Numbered from the stretch's first letter, positions 1 to 11,701 are shown. The stretch is DNA of 64,000 nucleotides from an uncultured cyanobacterium (GCA_963710605.1 CAVQBA010000007.1:448001-512000); one strand, 5' to 3'. The notes: generated from the sequence alone by a model not told the origin. Translations and numbers: made by a program.

Positions 1-1
1 T

Positions 2-1519
2 ATTAATCGAAACTTAGGTTTTTATCTCAATTTAGCTAATGTTAACGAACAACAAATTGCGAGTTTCAGAGAAGCACTAACTAGAAAGGTAAATGTTGAT
101 CCTGTTTTGCTTTCTAGAAGTTTGAATACCGAATCTGTAGAAAGATTACTTAGTTATTTTGGTTCAGTTATTAATATCAAAGGAGGAAGCAACGGTAAAT
201 TTTTACTTCGAGGTGCGTTAGTGCAAGCGGCTTTTGAAGAAGAAGGATTAACTTTACTTGGTGTTTTACAAAAATTAGCAGTTGATGTGCAAGTCGATAT
301 TCCTAAAATAATTACTTACGGACGGCAAGTAGAATTAGTGGTTAGAGGTAGTGAATTATTTGCTCAGCAAATTGCTGTTTTAGGAGAAGAGGAAGCAAAA
401 CTTTCCGAAAAGATTGATTTTAGCCAAAAAGCGGATATTCGTTTATTAGGTTCATCTAAGTTCACCTCATCTACGATTAATTTAAATGACGAAGCAAGAG
501 ATAGACGTTTTTATGCCCAGATATTTCAACCTGAAGAATTAAAAGGTGATAATATTCCAGTAGTTGTTTTTTCTCATGGTTTAAGTTCTCGCCCTGAAGA
601 TTTTGAAAAAAGAGCGATTCATCTAGCTTCTTATGGTTATGTGGTAGTTATGCCTCAACACCCAGGTAGTGATATTCTCAAAACCGAAGATTTTTTAGCC
701 GGTTATACTCGTAGTGTTTTTGATACCCAAGAATTTATCGATCGCCCTAAAGATATTAGTTTTGTCTTAGATGAGTTAACCCGTTTAAATGATAGCCAAT
801 TTCAAGGTAAATTAAACTTAGAGAGTGTTGGTGTTGCAGGACATTCTTTTGGTGGTTATACGGCTTTAGCTGTGGCGGGTGCGACACTCGATTTTGAGAA
901 TTTAGAAACCGATTGTAATTCGAGTATTGGTTATCTGAATGCCGCTTTGTTGCTACAATGTGATGCTTTGAAGCTCGATCGTAAACCAGAAGAATCCGAA
1001 GAATATAATCTACGTGATTCTCGTATTAAAGCTGTATTTGTCAGTAATCCTGTTAATGCTTCTATTTTTGGAGAGAAGGGTTTAAGTAATCTTAATATAC
1101 CTGTTTTTATTTCTGCTGGTAGTTATGATCCAGCCACCCCGTTTGTTTTTGAACAAGGTCGAACTTTTCCCTTTATTGGTAGCGAATTTACTTACTTACA
1201 ATTACAAGAAGGGCAAGCCCATGTCGATTTTTCGGAATTAGATGTAGGTATTACTGATTTAATTAATACGGTAGATATTCTTACTTTACCGACACCCTAT
1301 TTATTAGATACTTATACTCATTCAATGACATTAGCTTTTTTTAGGACACATTTAAATAATCAATCTCAATACGATGTTTATTTACAGTCTAGTTATGCTC
1401 AATATATTAGTCAAGGACAAGAGTTTAAAACTTATTTGATAACTAAAGAGTCTGCTTCTAAATTAGATGCAGAGTATCGACAGTTTCTTCAACAAAATCA
1501 AAGATTAATTATTGATTAA
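2..1519 (+). CDS. Alpha/beta hydrolase (DUF1400-type N-terminus), 5'-truncated by the window edge
   Basis: Frame is open from position 2 (INRNLGFYLNLA...); GHSFGG nucleophile elbow, SHGL oxyanion motif. Confidence 0.85.
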   Translation: MNRNLGFYLNLANVNEQQIASFREALTRKVNVDPVLLSRSLNTESVERLLSYFGSVINIKGGSNGKFLLRGALVQAAFEEEGLTLLGVLQKLAVDVQVDIPKIITYGRQVELVVRGSELFAQQIAVLGEEEAKLSEKIDFSQKADIRLLGSSKFTSSTINLNDEARDRRFYAQIFQPEELKGDNIPVVVFSHGLSSRPEDFEKRAIHLASYGYVVVMPQHPGSDILKTEDFLAGYTRSVFDTQEFIDRPKDISFVLDELTRLNDSQFQGKLNLESVGVAGHSFGGYTALAVAGATLDFENLETDCNSSIGYLNAALLLQCDALKLDRKPEESEEYNLRDSRIKAVFVSNPVNASIFGEKGLSNLNIPVFISAGSYDPATPFVFEQGRTFPFIGSEFTYLQLQEGQAHVDFSELDVGITDLINTVDILTLPTPYLLDTYTHSMTLAFFRTHLNNQSQYDVYLQSSYAQYISQGQEFKTYLITKESASKLDAEYRQFLQQNQRLIID

Positions 1520-1528
1520 TTGATTATA

Positions 1529-2743
1529 TTATTCAATAATGTTGTCGTCTTGATTTAATACTGATTTATAAACATCGATCGTTTCTTGGGCTAATTTAGA
1601 CCATTGAAAACGATTTCTTAAATCTTGATAGGCATTATTAATTAAATTCTTCGCCAATTCAGGATTGTTTAAAACATGAAGAATACCCCATGCTAAAGAA
1701 TCACTATTTTGAGTATGGGTAACAATACCTGTTTTTTCATGAATTACCACTTCAGGTAATCCTCCTGCTGATGAAACTACCACAGGCACTAAAGAAGCAA
1801 AACTTTCTAAAACAACGATACCGAATGGCTCATACAAACTAGGAAAAACAGCACAATCAGCGATCGTGGTAAACTTATTCAAATCTTCATCAGACATAAA
1901 CCCAGTAAAATAACAATGCTGATTAATATCAAGATAATTAGCTAAATCTTGTAAATTTTGAGTTGAGCCACCACCTATAATAACTAACTTAGTTTTGTTT
2001 TGAGTTGCCTGTAAAATTTTAGGCATCGCTCCAATTAAAATTTGGACTCCTTTTTCGTAAGTCATCCGCCCGACATAATAAATAATTTTCTCATCATCTC
2101 GAGCAAAACGACGACGAAACTCGATCGAATTAAAATCTACTTTATGTATTTTTTTTTCGGCACGAATACCGTTATAAATAATATTGAGTTTATCGATCGG
2201 GCAATTTAAAGTTTGATTTACTTCATTTTGCATATATTTAGTACAGACAACTACTCTAGATGACTCATTAACTAATTTTCTTTCTTGACTCGAAATATAA
2301 GATTGAATATCATTGTGGATACCATGATTACGTCCATATTCAGTAGCGTGGATTGTCGTAATTAAAGGGATATTGTATTTGTTTTTTAAAGGAATAACAC
2401 TATCGGCAATTAACCAATCATGACCATGAATTAAAGCAAAATTGCCTTCAGTTTCAATTAGTTTTTTTCCATAAGCATACATACTCTGATTCATGTTTTT
2501 AATCCAATCAAAGAAATAATCGTTACCATCTACCCAAATACGATGTACGTAGATTCCCTCAACTTGTTCGCATTGACCAACATTATCAATATCAACAGTA
2601 ATTAAATGTACTTCATAATCTAACTTGACAATTTCAGGATATAATTCAGCAACATGACGAGCAATTCCACCGATAATGCGAGGTGGAAATTCCCATGAGA
2701 AAACTAGTACTTTTGTGTTATTCATTTTTTTCACTACTACCAA
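1529..2743 (-). CDS. Glycosyltransferase family 4 (GT-B)
   Basis: WEFPPRIIGGIARHV N-terminus, HGHDW, FPSLYEPFGIVVLE signature. Confidence 0.9.
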   Translation of the reverse strand: MVVVKKMNNTKVLVFSWEFPPRIIGGIARHVAELYPEIVKLDYEVHLITVDIDNVGQCEQVEGIYVHRIWVDGNDYFFDWIKNMNQSMYAYGKKLIETEGNFALIHGHDWLIADSVIPLKNKYNIPLITTIHATEYGRNHGIHNDIQSYISSQERKLVNESSRVVVCTKYMQNEVNQTLNCPIDKLNIIYNGIRAEKKIHKVDFNSIEFRRRFARDDEKIIYYVGRMTYEKGVQILIGAMPKILQATQNKTKLVIIGGGSTQNLQDLANYLDINQHCYFTGFMSDEDLNKFTTIADCAVFPSLYEPFGIVVLESFASLVPVVVSSAGGLPEVVIHEKTGIVTHTQNSDSLAWGILHVLNNPELAKNLINNAYQDLRNRFQWSKLAQETIDVYKSVLNQDDNIIE

Positions 2744-2796
2744 TCAATTATTCGCTATGAATGAATAATAATCAATTTTATTTAAAAATTTAATCA

Positions 2797-3450
2797 ATGT
2801 TAGACAGTTGGCTATCTATTGTTAGTAAATATCGCCTCATTGCCGTGATTAGAACCGATAATGTCGCTGATGGAATCAAAATGGCTCAGGCGGTAGCCAA
2901 TGGCGGTGTACGTTTAATCGAAATTACTTGGAATAGTGAACAACCGTTGTTGTTAGTAAGTCGTTTAAGAGAACTTTTACCTGATTGTTATATTGGGGTA
3001 GGTACGATCTTATCTTGCTCTGATTTAGAATTATCGATCGATGCAGGGATACAATTTGCCTTTAGCCCTCATTTTAACCACGAATTAATTGACTTAGCTC
3101 ATAGCAATAATGTTCCCTTTATTCCGGGGGCGTTATCTCCAACTGAAATTATCAATGCTTTTAATTATGGTGCCAAAACAGTTAAAGTCTTTCCCATTAA
3201 ATCCGTTGGTGGAGTTGATTATCTGAAAAATATACTTGCCCCTACTCCTCACCTCAAATTAATTCCCACAGGTGGAGTTAATTTGACAAATGCGGCTGAT
3301 TTTATTCGCAATGGTGCTGTTGCAGTTGGTTTATCTAGCGACTTGTTTCCTCGTCAGTTAATTCTCAATCAAAACTGGGAAGAAATTACCAATAGAGCAA
3401 ACAAAATACAAACTCAATTGCAACAGTTAACAACGAACAATGAACAATGA
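2797..3450 (+). CDS. eda: KDPG/KHG aldolase
   Basis: LIAVIR, IEIT, GVGTI, VKVFP (Schiff-base Lys), PTGGV motifs. Confidence 0.9.
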   Translation: MLDSWLSIVSKYRLIAVIRTDNVADGIKMAQAVANGGVRLIEITWNSEQPLLLVSRLRELLPDCYIGVGTILSCSDLELSIDAGIQFAFSPHFNHELIDLAHSNNVPFIPGALSPTEIINAFNYGAKTVKVFPIKSVGGVDYLKNILAPTPHLKLIPTGGVNLTNAADFIRNGAVAVGLSSDLFPRQLILNQNWEEITNRANKIQTQLQQLTTNNEQ

Positions 3451-3541
3451 ATAATTAATAATTAATAATGAACAATTAGCTCATCCCTCATCTTTCATCC
3501 CTCATCCTTACTTTTAACTCTTAACTCTTAACTCTTAACTA

Positions 3542-5233
3542 TCAACTGATATTGCAGTCCATCATTCTGGAGATTAAAGTATAAATTCCTCGATCGAGAA
3601 TTCCTGAGATGGCAATACTTGGTAAATGACCTGAAGGAGATTGATCGGTATAATTTAGATCTTCGGTGAATAACCAAACTCCATCCACACACCATTCTAG
3701 TTTTTTGCCTAAAGCCTCCCAAGCTTTTTTATCATATATTCTTTTACCACCTAAACTAAGATAAATTCTTTTTTGAACAGAAAAACCAAACTTACCTCGA
3801 CTATATTTTACCCAGAGTTTATCGATCGTTTGTAAATCTTTACTGGGAAATTTAGCCATCGTTTTACGATCGATCCAAGCTGAATCCTCTTGCCCAGAAG
3901 CTTTCAACATTAAATTTTGAGTTTTTTGATCAGCTTCTTGCCATTTACGTTTATGAAGTAATTGTGCTAAAGGGCGATAATCAATTCCTACTTCTGAGAA
4001 AGAGGCTTTATCTGTTTTTTTCTTAGTCGATTTTTTATTTGTCTTTAATGGTGTTGCCTGTATCTGAGCAGAAGAAGAGTAATCTATTTGAGTAAGAATA
4101 TCATTAGACTTTGGTGATAAAGGTTCAAGATTAGTTTTTTCCAGATTATGATTCTCAAATCGAGTCGGAGAAAAAGGATCATATTCAGTTATAGTCGGTG
4201 TTTGCTTTACCTTAACCTCCTTTAATTCTGGTGGTGGTGATGATTGATCATTATCATTATTTGAAGGTATTGCACTCACAACCTCCTCATCAGTTGTTTG
4301 TGTTGTTAATTGCTCAAAAGAATCTTGAGTTTTTTTAGTAATTTGCTTATCAGAAGAAAGGTTTGATTCTGTTTTTTTATTTGATAAAGAATTAGAGCTA
4401 TAAAGATGTATTTCTTCATTTTCAGTTAGAAGATTAAGCCACTGTGCCACTGATTGAGGACGATTTTGAGGTTCTAATTCCATCCCCTTAAGAATAACCA
4501 AATTAGTTCTGTGACTAATATTTTGGTTATGTTGTCTAGGTGGAATTAAACCAATACCCTGCTGTCTAAATTGTGCAGGAAAAGGAACTTGCCGAGTTAA
4601 GAGATAATATAATGTAGCCGCTAAAGCATAGACATCTGTGTAAGCACCTCTTTTGGCTTTACGAGAATATTGTTCGATTGGGGCAAAACCTTCAGTACGA
4701 GAATTAGTATGCATCTGAGTTTTATCTTCAACAAAATCTCTAGCCAAACCAAAATCGATTAAAACAGCTTCACTTGTCTGGCTACGACGCATTATATTTG
4801 CTGGTTTTACATCTCGGTGCAAAATACCTTGTTGGTGAATATAATTCAAAGCACTTCCTACTTGATAGATATAACGAATTGCTTCAACTTCAGCAAAATC
4901 ACCTTGATTTTTGACTAATTTTTCTAAATTACCCCCATCTATATATTCCATAACCATGCACCATAAATTCTCTTCTTGGCAAACATCATTTACCTGAATA
5001 ACGTGTGTATGATTGCATTTAGCTAAACGAAAAGCCTCTTGAACAAATCTTTCTTGGTGTTTAGCAAAGTCAGATTGTACTTGTAATGCGGTGTTTAAAG
5101 TTTTAATCGCAACTATTTCATTTGTATTAACATCTTTTGCCTGATAAGTAATTCCAGCACCACCTACACCCAAAACTTTTTCGATTACATATTTACCTCT
5201 TTGAATAAGTTGTCCTGTTTTCCAATAACTCAT
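3542..5233 (-). CDS. Ser/Thr protein kinase with C-terminal GUN4-like domain
   Basis: GxGGxG, VAIK, HRDVKPAN, DFG, APIE; C-terminal IDYRPL...WQEAD...DLQTIDKLWVKYSRGKFGFSVQ...GHLP. Confidence 0.9.
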   Translation of the reverse strand: MSYWKTGQLIQRGKYVIEKVLGVGGAGITYQAKDVNTNEIVAIKTLNTALQVQSDFAKHQERFVQEAFRLAKCNHTHVIQVNDVCQEENLWCMVMEYIDGGNLEKLVKNQGDFAEVEAIRYIYQVGSALNYIHQQGILHRDVKPANIMRRSQTSEAVLIDFGLARDFVEDKTQMHTNSRTEGFAPIEQYSRKAKRGAYTDVYALAATLYYLLTRQVPFPAQFRQQGIGLIPPRQHNQNISHRTNLVILKGMELEPQNRPQSVAQWLNLLTENEEIHLYSSNSLSNKKTESNLSSDKQITKKTQDSFEQLTTQTTDEEVVSAIPSNNDNDQSSPPPELKEVKVKQTPTITEYDPFSPTRFENHNLEKTNLEPLSPKSNDILTQIDYSSSAQIQATPLKTNKKSTKKKTDKASFSEVGIDYRPLAQLLHKRKWQEADQKTQNLMLKASGQEDSAWIDRKTMAKFPSKDLQTIDKLWVKYSRGKFGFSVQKRIYLSLGGKRIYDKKAWEALGKKLEWCVDGVWLFTEDLNYTDQSPSGHLPSIAISGILDRGIYTLISRMMDCNIS

Positions 5234-5605
5234 AATTTCTATGATGGTATCTGACTGACGTTATTTGACGACTATCTAGGTGATATTAATTACTCTATTA
5301 TAATTTTACTTGTATTTGACAATGAACAAAAATATGAGTAAGAGCATATATTCTTTAGCAAAAATTTCCAAACAAACAGCATCATTACTAACAGTCGGGA
5401 AAAATGCCTCTCATTAAATCTTAAATACAATAAGTTAACAGATTAGTTGTTTTGTGTCAAATGGTTAATAGTCAATGATTTGGATCTCGATCGAGCCGAT
5501 TTTGATCTTGATTAAAATAAAAATATGAGAAAAATGTAAAAAATTGTAAATTTCGCCAAGATAGCAACTAAAATAGTAATATAGACGAAGAAAAAACAAA
5601 TTTAT

Positions 5606-5929
5606 ATGCAACCATCCAAACCAACAGAAAAAGAAATATTACAACAAGTACTAGTACCTCTTCTTGAAGATTTCAAATACTGGTTTTCTCGATCGGCATC
5701 ATTGCTAGAATCAGAAACTATGCCTTTTCTTTCTACTGAAGAACAAGCAGATTTACTCTTTAGAATCAAAGATGCACAAGCCCAAGTAAATACTGCCAAA
5801 ACACTATTTCAGATAACTGATGGTCAAGTAGGAGTAGAAACACAAGTATTAATGCCATGGCATAGATTAGTTGCCGAATGTTGGAATGTAGCCAGAAAAT
5901 GGCGTGAAACCAAACAACAAGATTCTTAA
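5606..5929 (+). CDS. Conserved cyanobacterial protein (DUF2605-like)
   Basis: LLEDFKYWFSRS and PWHRLVAECW motifs. Confidence 0.75.
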   Translation: MQPSKPTEKEILQQVLVPLLEDFKYWFSRSASLLESETMPFLSTEEQADLLFRIKDAQAQVNTAKTLFQITDGQVGVETQVLMPWHRLVAECWNVARKWRETKQQDS

Positions 5930-6125
5930 GTTCGAGTTTTACTAATAACTATTTACTTTTTTACATTTTAGATTCAAAACAAAATCGAGTTGTCTATTAA
6001 ATAACAATATTTTGAGCCAATGAGTTATGAGTATTCATAATATCTTTGGTCATTTGAGTAGATTAATTATAATTTCCCAAAAAACAATTCTTTATTTAAA
6101 ATAATTACTTTCAGAGGTTAAAACA

Positions 6126-6446
6126 ATGTTACACTTAGTTTATATTCTAGCTTTTACCGTGATTGCTTTTTTCGCAATTAGCAACATGATTCGTAGTTTA
6201 ATCACCATCAGTGCTGAATCTCAGAAAGGACCATGGACAGACACACCTAGAAGAATTAATGTTAATACTCCAGATGGTCGTCAATATCAAACCAATCATC
6301 CTGAATTATTTGATGAGGCAGGTAAACCGATCGATGAACCTTTATTGGTAATTCGTTCTGTTTCTATGGACGACGCACGTCAAAAACTAGACTCTTTATA
6401 CGAATCTTCTCCTAGCAATACAACGACTACTGAAGAAGAAGTGTAA
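6126..6446 (+). CDS. Conserved cyanobacterial membrane protein (DUF2973-like)
   Basis: MLHLVYILAF N-terminal helix, HPELFD, EPLLVIRS. Confidence 0.75.
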   Translation: MLHLVYILAFTVIAFFAISNMIRSLITISAESQKGPWTDTPRRINVNTPDGRQYQTNHPELFDEAGKPIDEPLLVIRSVSMDDARQKLDSLYESSPSNTTTTEEEV

Positions 6447-6507
6447 AACAATTGACAATTGACAATTGATAATTGACAATGACAATCGATTAAAGTTTAC
6501 ATTTATA

Positions 6508-6708
6508 TATAGCAATTATTAGTCTTGTGAAGTACATATCAATCCCCCTAAATCCCCATCCCCCTTGCCACGGGGCTTACAAGCATTTGAAATCAATTCA
6601 GGTGACAGCCCCTCCCCTTTGTAAGGGGGAAATTTAAGGATGCTTCGCTTTTGTTTCTAGGGGACTTCCGATTTTCCGTTGTACCTCGTAAACATGGGAA
6701 AAGCTATA
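6508..6708. mobile_element. MITE-like element with TATAGC...GCTATA ends and internal C/G-rich hairpins
   Basis: Imperfect ~29-bp terminal inverted repeats; related copies at 49112-49219 (inverted) and ~47244-47328 (partial). Confidence 0.6.
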
Positions 6709-6852
6709 TTGTAAAAGATGAGGTGGTTTATCATGATAATCCACCTTAGTTTTTGTCAACTAAGCTCACAATAACAGTAAATCTATTGTCAATTGAATTT
6801 GATTTTTTAGGTTAAAAAAATTTTGGCTATTAGCTATTTGCGTAAAATATAA

Positions 6853-7530
6853 ATGATCATTTCAGCTACAGACATAAGTATCGCCGATTATATCGAACAA
6901 GCTATTCTTAATCCGACTAGTACTAGTCAACAAATTAAAGAAGGTTGTAATTTAGCAATGAGTTACAATTTTCCTTTTGTTTGTGTTTATCCAACGGCTG
7001 TCAAAGAAGCGACCGAGTTAGTTTATAATCAAAAAACTCAAGTAGCTACGGTTATTGGTTTTCCTAGTGGTGCATCAACTAGTTTAACTAAGCTGTCAGA
7101 AGCCAATGAAGCGATCGAAAACGGTGCAAACGAGCTTGATGTCGTTATTAACTTAGGTTGGCTCAAAGAAGGCAATTCTGATTCAATCTACAAAGAAATA
7201 GCCTCGATCGTTAGTGAAACAGGAGTACCAGTAAAAGCTATTTTAGAAATGACCGTTTTAACTCCCGATGAAAAACAACTAGCCGCTGAAATTTGTTTGG
7301 ATGCAGGAGTAAGTTTTCTTAAAACAAGTACTGGCTGGTTTGGTGGTGCAACAGTTGAAGATGTCAAACTCTTACACGAAATTACTAAAGGAAGAATACA
7401 AATTAAAGCTAGTGGTGGAATACGTAATTTAACTCAAGCAATGGCTTTAATTAACGCTGGTGCAACCAGATTAGGTACTTCTCAAGGATTACAATTAGTT
7501 CAACAACAAAAAAACACGGTTAACAATTGA
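6853..7530 (+). CDS. deoC: Deoxyribose-phosphate aldolase
   Basis: [38 protein letters not shown]. Confidence 0.95.
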   Translation: MIISATDISIADYIEQAILNPTSTSQQIKEGCNLAMSYNFPFVCVYPTAVKEATELVYNQKTQVATVIGFPSGASTSLTKLSEANEAIENGANELDVVINLGWLKEGNSDSIYKEIASIVSETGVPVKAILEMTVLTPDEKQLAAEICLDAGVSFLKTSTGWFGGATVEDVKLLHEITKGRIQIKASGGIRNLTQAMALINAGATRLGTSQGLQLVQQQKNTVNN

Positions 7531-7557
7531 CAATTAATATTTCATCCTTCCTCCTTC

Positions 7558-7599
7558 ATTCCCTATTCCCTATTCCCTATTCCCTATTCCCTATTCCCT
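7558..7599. repeat. Heptamer tandem repeat (ATTCCCT)x6, STRR-type
   Basis: Read directly. Confidence 0.9.
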
Positions 7600-7606
7600 A
7601 TCGATT

Positions 7607-8413
7607 ATGAGTGCAAGTTACGAATTGACAGGTATTGTGATTCAAAAAAAAACTTTTGGTGAGAATGACTTATTAATAACTATTTTTTCTCCAGAAGCAG
7701 GATTAGTAAGGGCAGTTGCACCAGGGGCAAGAAAACACAAGTCGAGATTAAGAGGTAGAACAGAATTATTAGTTATCAATAACTTTTTTTTAATTAAAGG
7801 GAGAAATTTAGATCGAGTTACGCAAATAGAAACGATCGAATCTCATCCTAAACTGTGTCAAAGTATTGGTAAATTAACCGTGAGTCAATATCTGGCTGAA
7901 TTAGTCTTAAATTTAGCTTTAACCGAGCAACCACAAGGAGAATTATATAGTTTATTAACCGAACATTTAAGCAGGATTGAAAACCTCTGTGTTACTGATA
8001 ATCTATTTCCTTATATCGCCCAAGCTGTTTTTCATTTGTTAGCCGTCACAGGTGTTGCCCCTAATGTATATCGTTGTGTCGAAACACAACAAGATATTAA
8101 ACCCGAATTTGATAAACCTAATTGGAATATCGGTTTTAGTTTTCAAGCAGGAGGTATGATTGCCAATAATCGCCCAACTCATAACCAGATTGATACTAAA
8201 ATTAATGCCTTGGAATTAGCTTGTTTACAAAGTCTGACTAATCCTGATTTGTCTTCTATTCAACAATTTACCAATAATGTCTCTTTCGATCGTTTATTAA
8301 TCGAAAAAAGTTGGATTCGTATTGAAAGATTATTAAAAAACTACGCTGAATATTACTTAGGAAAAATGTTAAAATCCGCCGACATCGTTACTGATGTTTT
8401 ACTGGCTTTTTAA
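7607..8413 (+). CDS. recO: DNA repair protein RecO
   Basis: GENDLLITIFSPEAGLVRAVAPGARKHKSRL N-terminal OB-fold motif; follows deoC as in many cyanobacteria. Confidence 0.92.
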   Translation: MSASYELTGIVIQKKTFGENDLLITIFSPEAGLVRAVAPGARKHKSRLRGRTELLVINNFFLIKGRNLDRVTQIETIESHPKLCQSIGKLTVSQYLAELVLNLALTEQPQGELYSLLTEHLSRIENLCVTDNLFPYIAQAVFHLLAVTGVAPNVYRCVETQQDIKPEFDKPNWNIGFSFQAGGMIANNRPTHNQIDTKINALELACLQSLTNPDLSSIQQFTNNVSFDRLLIEKSWIRIERLLKNYAEYYLGKMLKSADIVTDVLLAF

Positions 8414-8517
8414 CAATCGCTCAAACTGATTAATCATTAATTAGATAGCTTTTTCTATACTTACAAAATACAATAAGACCACAAAAAATGATAAGTCCCC
8501 TTTTCTAAGAAATTAAA

Positions 8518-8540
8518 GGGTGCAAACCTTGCACCCCTAC
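8518..8540. repeat. REP-like hairpin GGGTGCAAACCTTGCACCC-CTAC
   Basis: Identical copy at 18354-18376; related GTAG-hairpins at 10134-10158, 25047-25071 and 58008-58028. Confidence 0.75.
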
Positions 8541-8647
8541 AAGTAACTAACAATTTTTCATCCTTCATCTTTCCGAATTCCTAACTCCGAATTCAAGTAA
8601 TTTTAGTTAAAATATGTAAAGGAAAGTTAAGAAAACGGAATCAAAAA

Positions 8648-10105
8648 ATGAAAGTTGCGATCGTCGGTGCAGGATTAGCAGGATTAGCCACAGCCATTGA
8701 TTTAGTCGATGCTGGTTGTGAAGTAGAAATATATGAGTCACGCCCTTTTGTTGGTGGAAAAGTAGGCAGTTGGGTGGACAAAAATGGTAATCATATCGAG
8801 ATGGGTTTACACGTCTTTTTTGGTTGTTATTACAATCTTTTCGCTTTAATGGAAAAAGTAGGAGCGATCGATAGTTTATTATTAAAACAACATACCCATA
8901 CCTTTATTAATGAAGGTGGTAGAGTAGGAGAATTAGACTTTCGTTTTCTTACTGGTGCACCCTTCAATGGTTTAAAAGCATTTTTTACCACCTCGCAACT
9001 TTCTACTATTGATAAATTAGCTAACTCCTTAGCATTAGGCACTAGCCCTATTGTCAGAGGCTTGGTCGATTTTGAAGGAGCGATGAAACAAATCAGAAAT
9101 CTTGACGGTATTAGTTTTGCTGACTGGTTTCGCTCTCATGGTGGTAATCAAGGCAGTTTAGATAAAATGTGGAATCCGATCGCTTACGCCCTTGGTTTTA
9201 TCGATACAGAGAATATTTCGGCTCGTTGTATGTTGACAATTTTCCAGTTTTTTGCGGCGAAAAGTGAGGCTTCTGTTTTAAGAATGTTAGAAGGCTCACC
9301 TCAAGAATATTTACATAAACCGATCGTTGATTATCTTGAAGCCAAAGGTGCTAAAATCCATACTCGTCATCGTCTCAAAGAGATTAAATACGATCGTCAA
9401 AGCGATGGTACAAAAGAAATCAAAGCATTTATCATCGCTCAAGGTGAAGGACAAAAAACTGTAACCGCAGATGCTTATGTCTGTGCTTGTGATATACCAG
9501 GAATTCAACGCATAATTCCCCCTGATTGGCGTGAAGACAAGTTCTTTGATAATATTTATCAATTAACCGCCGTACCCGTTGCTACAGTGCAATTACGTTT
9601 TGATGGTTGGGTAACTGAGTTAAAAGACGAAGCTAAACGCAAACAGTTAGAAAAAGCAGAAGGAATTAATAACTTACTTTATACTTGCGATGCCGACTTT
9701 TCTTGTTTTTCAGATTTAGCTTTATCTAGCCCTAGTAGTTTCTATAAAGAAGGAGAAGGCTCATTATTACAATTAGTTTTAACTCCTGGCGATCCTTTTA
9801 TCAAGGAAAGTAATGATAAAATAGCCGAACACGTATTGGCACAAGTACATAAATTATTCCCTTCTTCTCGTGAGTTGAATGTAACTTGGTCAAATGTAGT
9901 TAAACTCGCTCAATCTCTTTATCGTGAAGCACCGGGAATGGATGTATATCGTCCTTCGCAAAAAACTCCGATCGCTAATTTCTTCCTTGCTGGTAGTTAT
10001 ACCCAACAAGATTATATTGATAGTATGGAAGGGGCGACAATTTCGGGTATTCAAGCCGCACAAACAATCTTGAAATCTGAGAAAAAAGTTTTGGCGATTG
10101 CTTAA
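8648..10105 (+). CDS. zds: 9,9'-di-cis-zeta-carotene desaturase (ZDS/CrtQ)
   Basis: [16 protein letters not shown] motif, [29 protein letters not shown]. Confidence 0.95.
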   Translation: MKVAIVGAGLAGLATAIDLVDAGCEVEIYESRPFVGGKVGSWVDKNGNHIEMGLHVFFGCYYNLFALMEKVGAIDSLLLKQHTHTFINEGGRVGELDFRFLTGAPFNGLKAFFTTSQLSTIDKLANSLALGTSPIVRGLVDFEGAMKQIRNLDGISFADWFRSHGGNQGSLDKMWNPIAYALGFIDTENISARCMLTIFQFFAAKSEASVLRMLEGSPQEYLHKPIVDYLEAKGAKIHTRHRLKEIKYDRQSDGTKEIKAFIIAQGEGQKTVTADAYVCACDIPGIQRIIPPDWREDKFFDNIYQLTAVPVATVQLRFDGWVTELKDEAKRKQLEKAEGINNLLYTCDADFSCFSDLALSSPSSFYKEGEGSLLQLVLTPGDPFIKESNDKIAEHVLAQVHKLFPSSRELNVTWSNVVKLAQSLYREAPGMDVYRPSQKTPIANFFLAGSYTQQDYIDSMEGATISGIQAAQTILKSEKKVLAIA

Positions 10106-10179
10106 CAAAACAGAGAATCAAATATAGATAACCGTAGGGGTTGAACATTGTTCAACCCTGTACAATATAAATACAAATA

Positions 10180-10572
10180 ATGAAAATAGAAAAATGGAAT
10201 AATTGGCAAAAATTTGATGAAGGTAGCTGTTTTCTTTCTTCTTTATCTTACAATTATGGAATTTTAAAAGTTCAAATTGATTATAAACAATCGGGTATTA
10301 CTTATTTAGTTATATTTGTATGTCCTATATATTTTAGATGTATGGATGAAGCCGATCTTTTACAATATCAAAATCAAATTAATTATTTAAAAAATTGTGA
10401 AAGAGGTTTTATTTATCAACTTTTTGATTCTCCCATCATCAAATATTGTCATCAAGAAAAGTTAGGAATTTTAGGCATAGATGAATATTTACATTTTCAA
10501 ATCATTACAGACGATCATTTTATTGATATAGTAACGACCGAAGATAATCTACCAAAAATAATCGAATTATAA
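10180..10572 (+). CDS. Hypothetical protein
   Basis: 130-aa ORF with ATG start, very AT-rich; no family recognised. Confidence 0.6.
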   Translation: MKIEKWNNWQKFDEGSCFLSSLSYNYGILKVQIDYKQSGITYLVIFVCPIYFRCMDEADLLQYQNQINYLKNCERGFIYQLFDSPIIKYCHQEKLGILGIDEYLHFQIITDDHFIDIVTTEDNLPKIIEL

Positions 10573-10776
10573 CTAATGTTATGATTTAATTGATTTTGAG
10601 CATAATTTTTATCTTTTAATTTAGGTGATTCTATTTGTTTTTTGTATCGAATAGTTCACGAGAATCTGAAGGTAGTTGAACAATTACGAATAAATTACGC
10701 TCTAGGGATATTTATTATCATCACAATCTACAATTATGTCTTAATTTAGTTCGATCGAGCCATTATATTAGGTATC

Positions 10777-11028
10777 TTACTTATAAATATCACCACGAGA
10801 ACCAATATTTGTAATCACGTAAATATTATTTTGATTATCTTCTCTAAACAAAATACGATATTTTCCCACTCTTAATCTATACTCTTCACGCCCTTTTAAA
10901 GATTTTATATCTAGTAAATTATTTGGTTTTAATAAATTATTCTTAGCATCAATAATTCTAACTTGTTCTTTATTCGGTAATTTTTCTAAAAACTTAAATG
11001 CAGGTTTAATTTGAATGTAATCATTCAC
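10777..11028 (-). CDS. RelE/ParE-family type II toxin (apparently intact)
   Basis: DIKSLKG..YRLRVGKYRILF..IGSRGDIYK; overlaps the upstream antitoxin by 8 nt. Confidence 0.85.
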   Translation of the reverse strand: MNDYIQIKPAFKFLEKLPNKEQVRIIDAKNNLLKPNNLLDIKSLKGREEYRLRVGKYRILFREDNQNNIYVITNIGSRGDIYK

Positions 11029-11284
11029 TTTGGTTGTTCAATAATTTTCTTTTTAACTCTTGAGAAGAAATACCTTTATCATTACCAGCAATATAATTAT
11101 TCCATGCTTCTTCACTAGTAACTATTTCGTCAATACTAACAACTTCATCACTATTTTCTACTTTGATTCCTTGTATTTGCCAATCGAGTATTAGCCATAA
11201 TTTTTGTTTCTCTTCTAAATCAAGAGAATTTATGGCTTCAATAAGAGTATCCAAGTTTAATTCCAGTTTAATTGTAGCTACCAT
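11021..11284 (-). CDS. Putative antitoxin partner of the RelE-like toxin
   Basis: Small acidic ORF translationally coupled upstream of the toxin. Confidence 0.7.
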   Translation of the reverse strand: MVATIKLELNLDTLIEAINSLDLEEKQKLWLILDWQIQGIKVENSDEVVSIDEIVTSEEAWNNYIAGNDKGISSQELKRKLLNNQSE

Positions 11285-11346
11285 TTTTTGAAATTATCTC
11301 ATCTTTTAACTGTATTATAGCTTAAGCTATTAAACCATTTTTCAAA

Positions 11347-11652
11347 CTACAATATTTTTGAAGAAATGAATTGATTTAGAGTATAACTTTTATATTTTAA
11401 TTTAGCTGATTCTATCTTTTTTAAAGAACGCCATTCGCCTCTTTCAACACTGTTTAATAAGTCTTGTTCTTCAATCAAACTTTCTACATATAACTCTATC
11501 GCTTCTGTGATATTGTTTACAGCTTCTTCAAAAGAATCTCCTTGAGAATGACAACCTTTAAGAATAGGACAAAAAGCATGATAACCTCCATCCTCCTCTT
11601 TTTCTAAAAGAACAGTGTAGTTATAAATGTGTTTACTGCTATTTTCTTCCAT
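11347..11652 (-). CDS. hicB: HicB-family antitoxin, orphan, with an atypical C-terminal tail
   Basis: YTVLLEKEEDGGYHAFCPILKGCHSQGDSFEEAVNNITEAIELY; no hicA seen adjacent. Confidence 0.8.
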   Translation of the reverse strand: MEENSSKHIYNYTVLLEKEEDGGYHAFCPILKGCHSQGDSFEEAVNNITEAIELYVESLIEEQDLLNSVERGEWRSLKKIESAKLKYKSYTLNQFISSKIL

Positions 11653-11701
11653 AAATAATTTGGGAAATACATTGTTAGCTTAAATGTATCATAAAATATT
11701 C

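Noticed and set aside
3542-5233. Kinase-GUN4 fusion as a novelty
   Set aside because: This architecture is already familiar in cyanobacteria.
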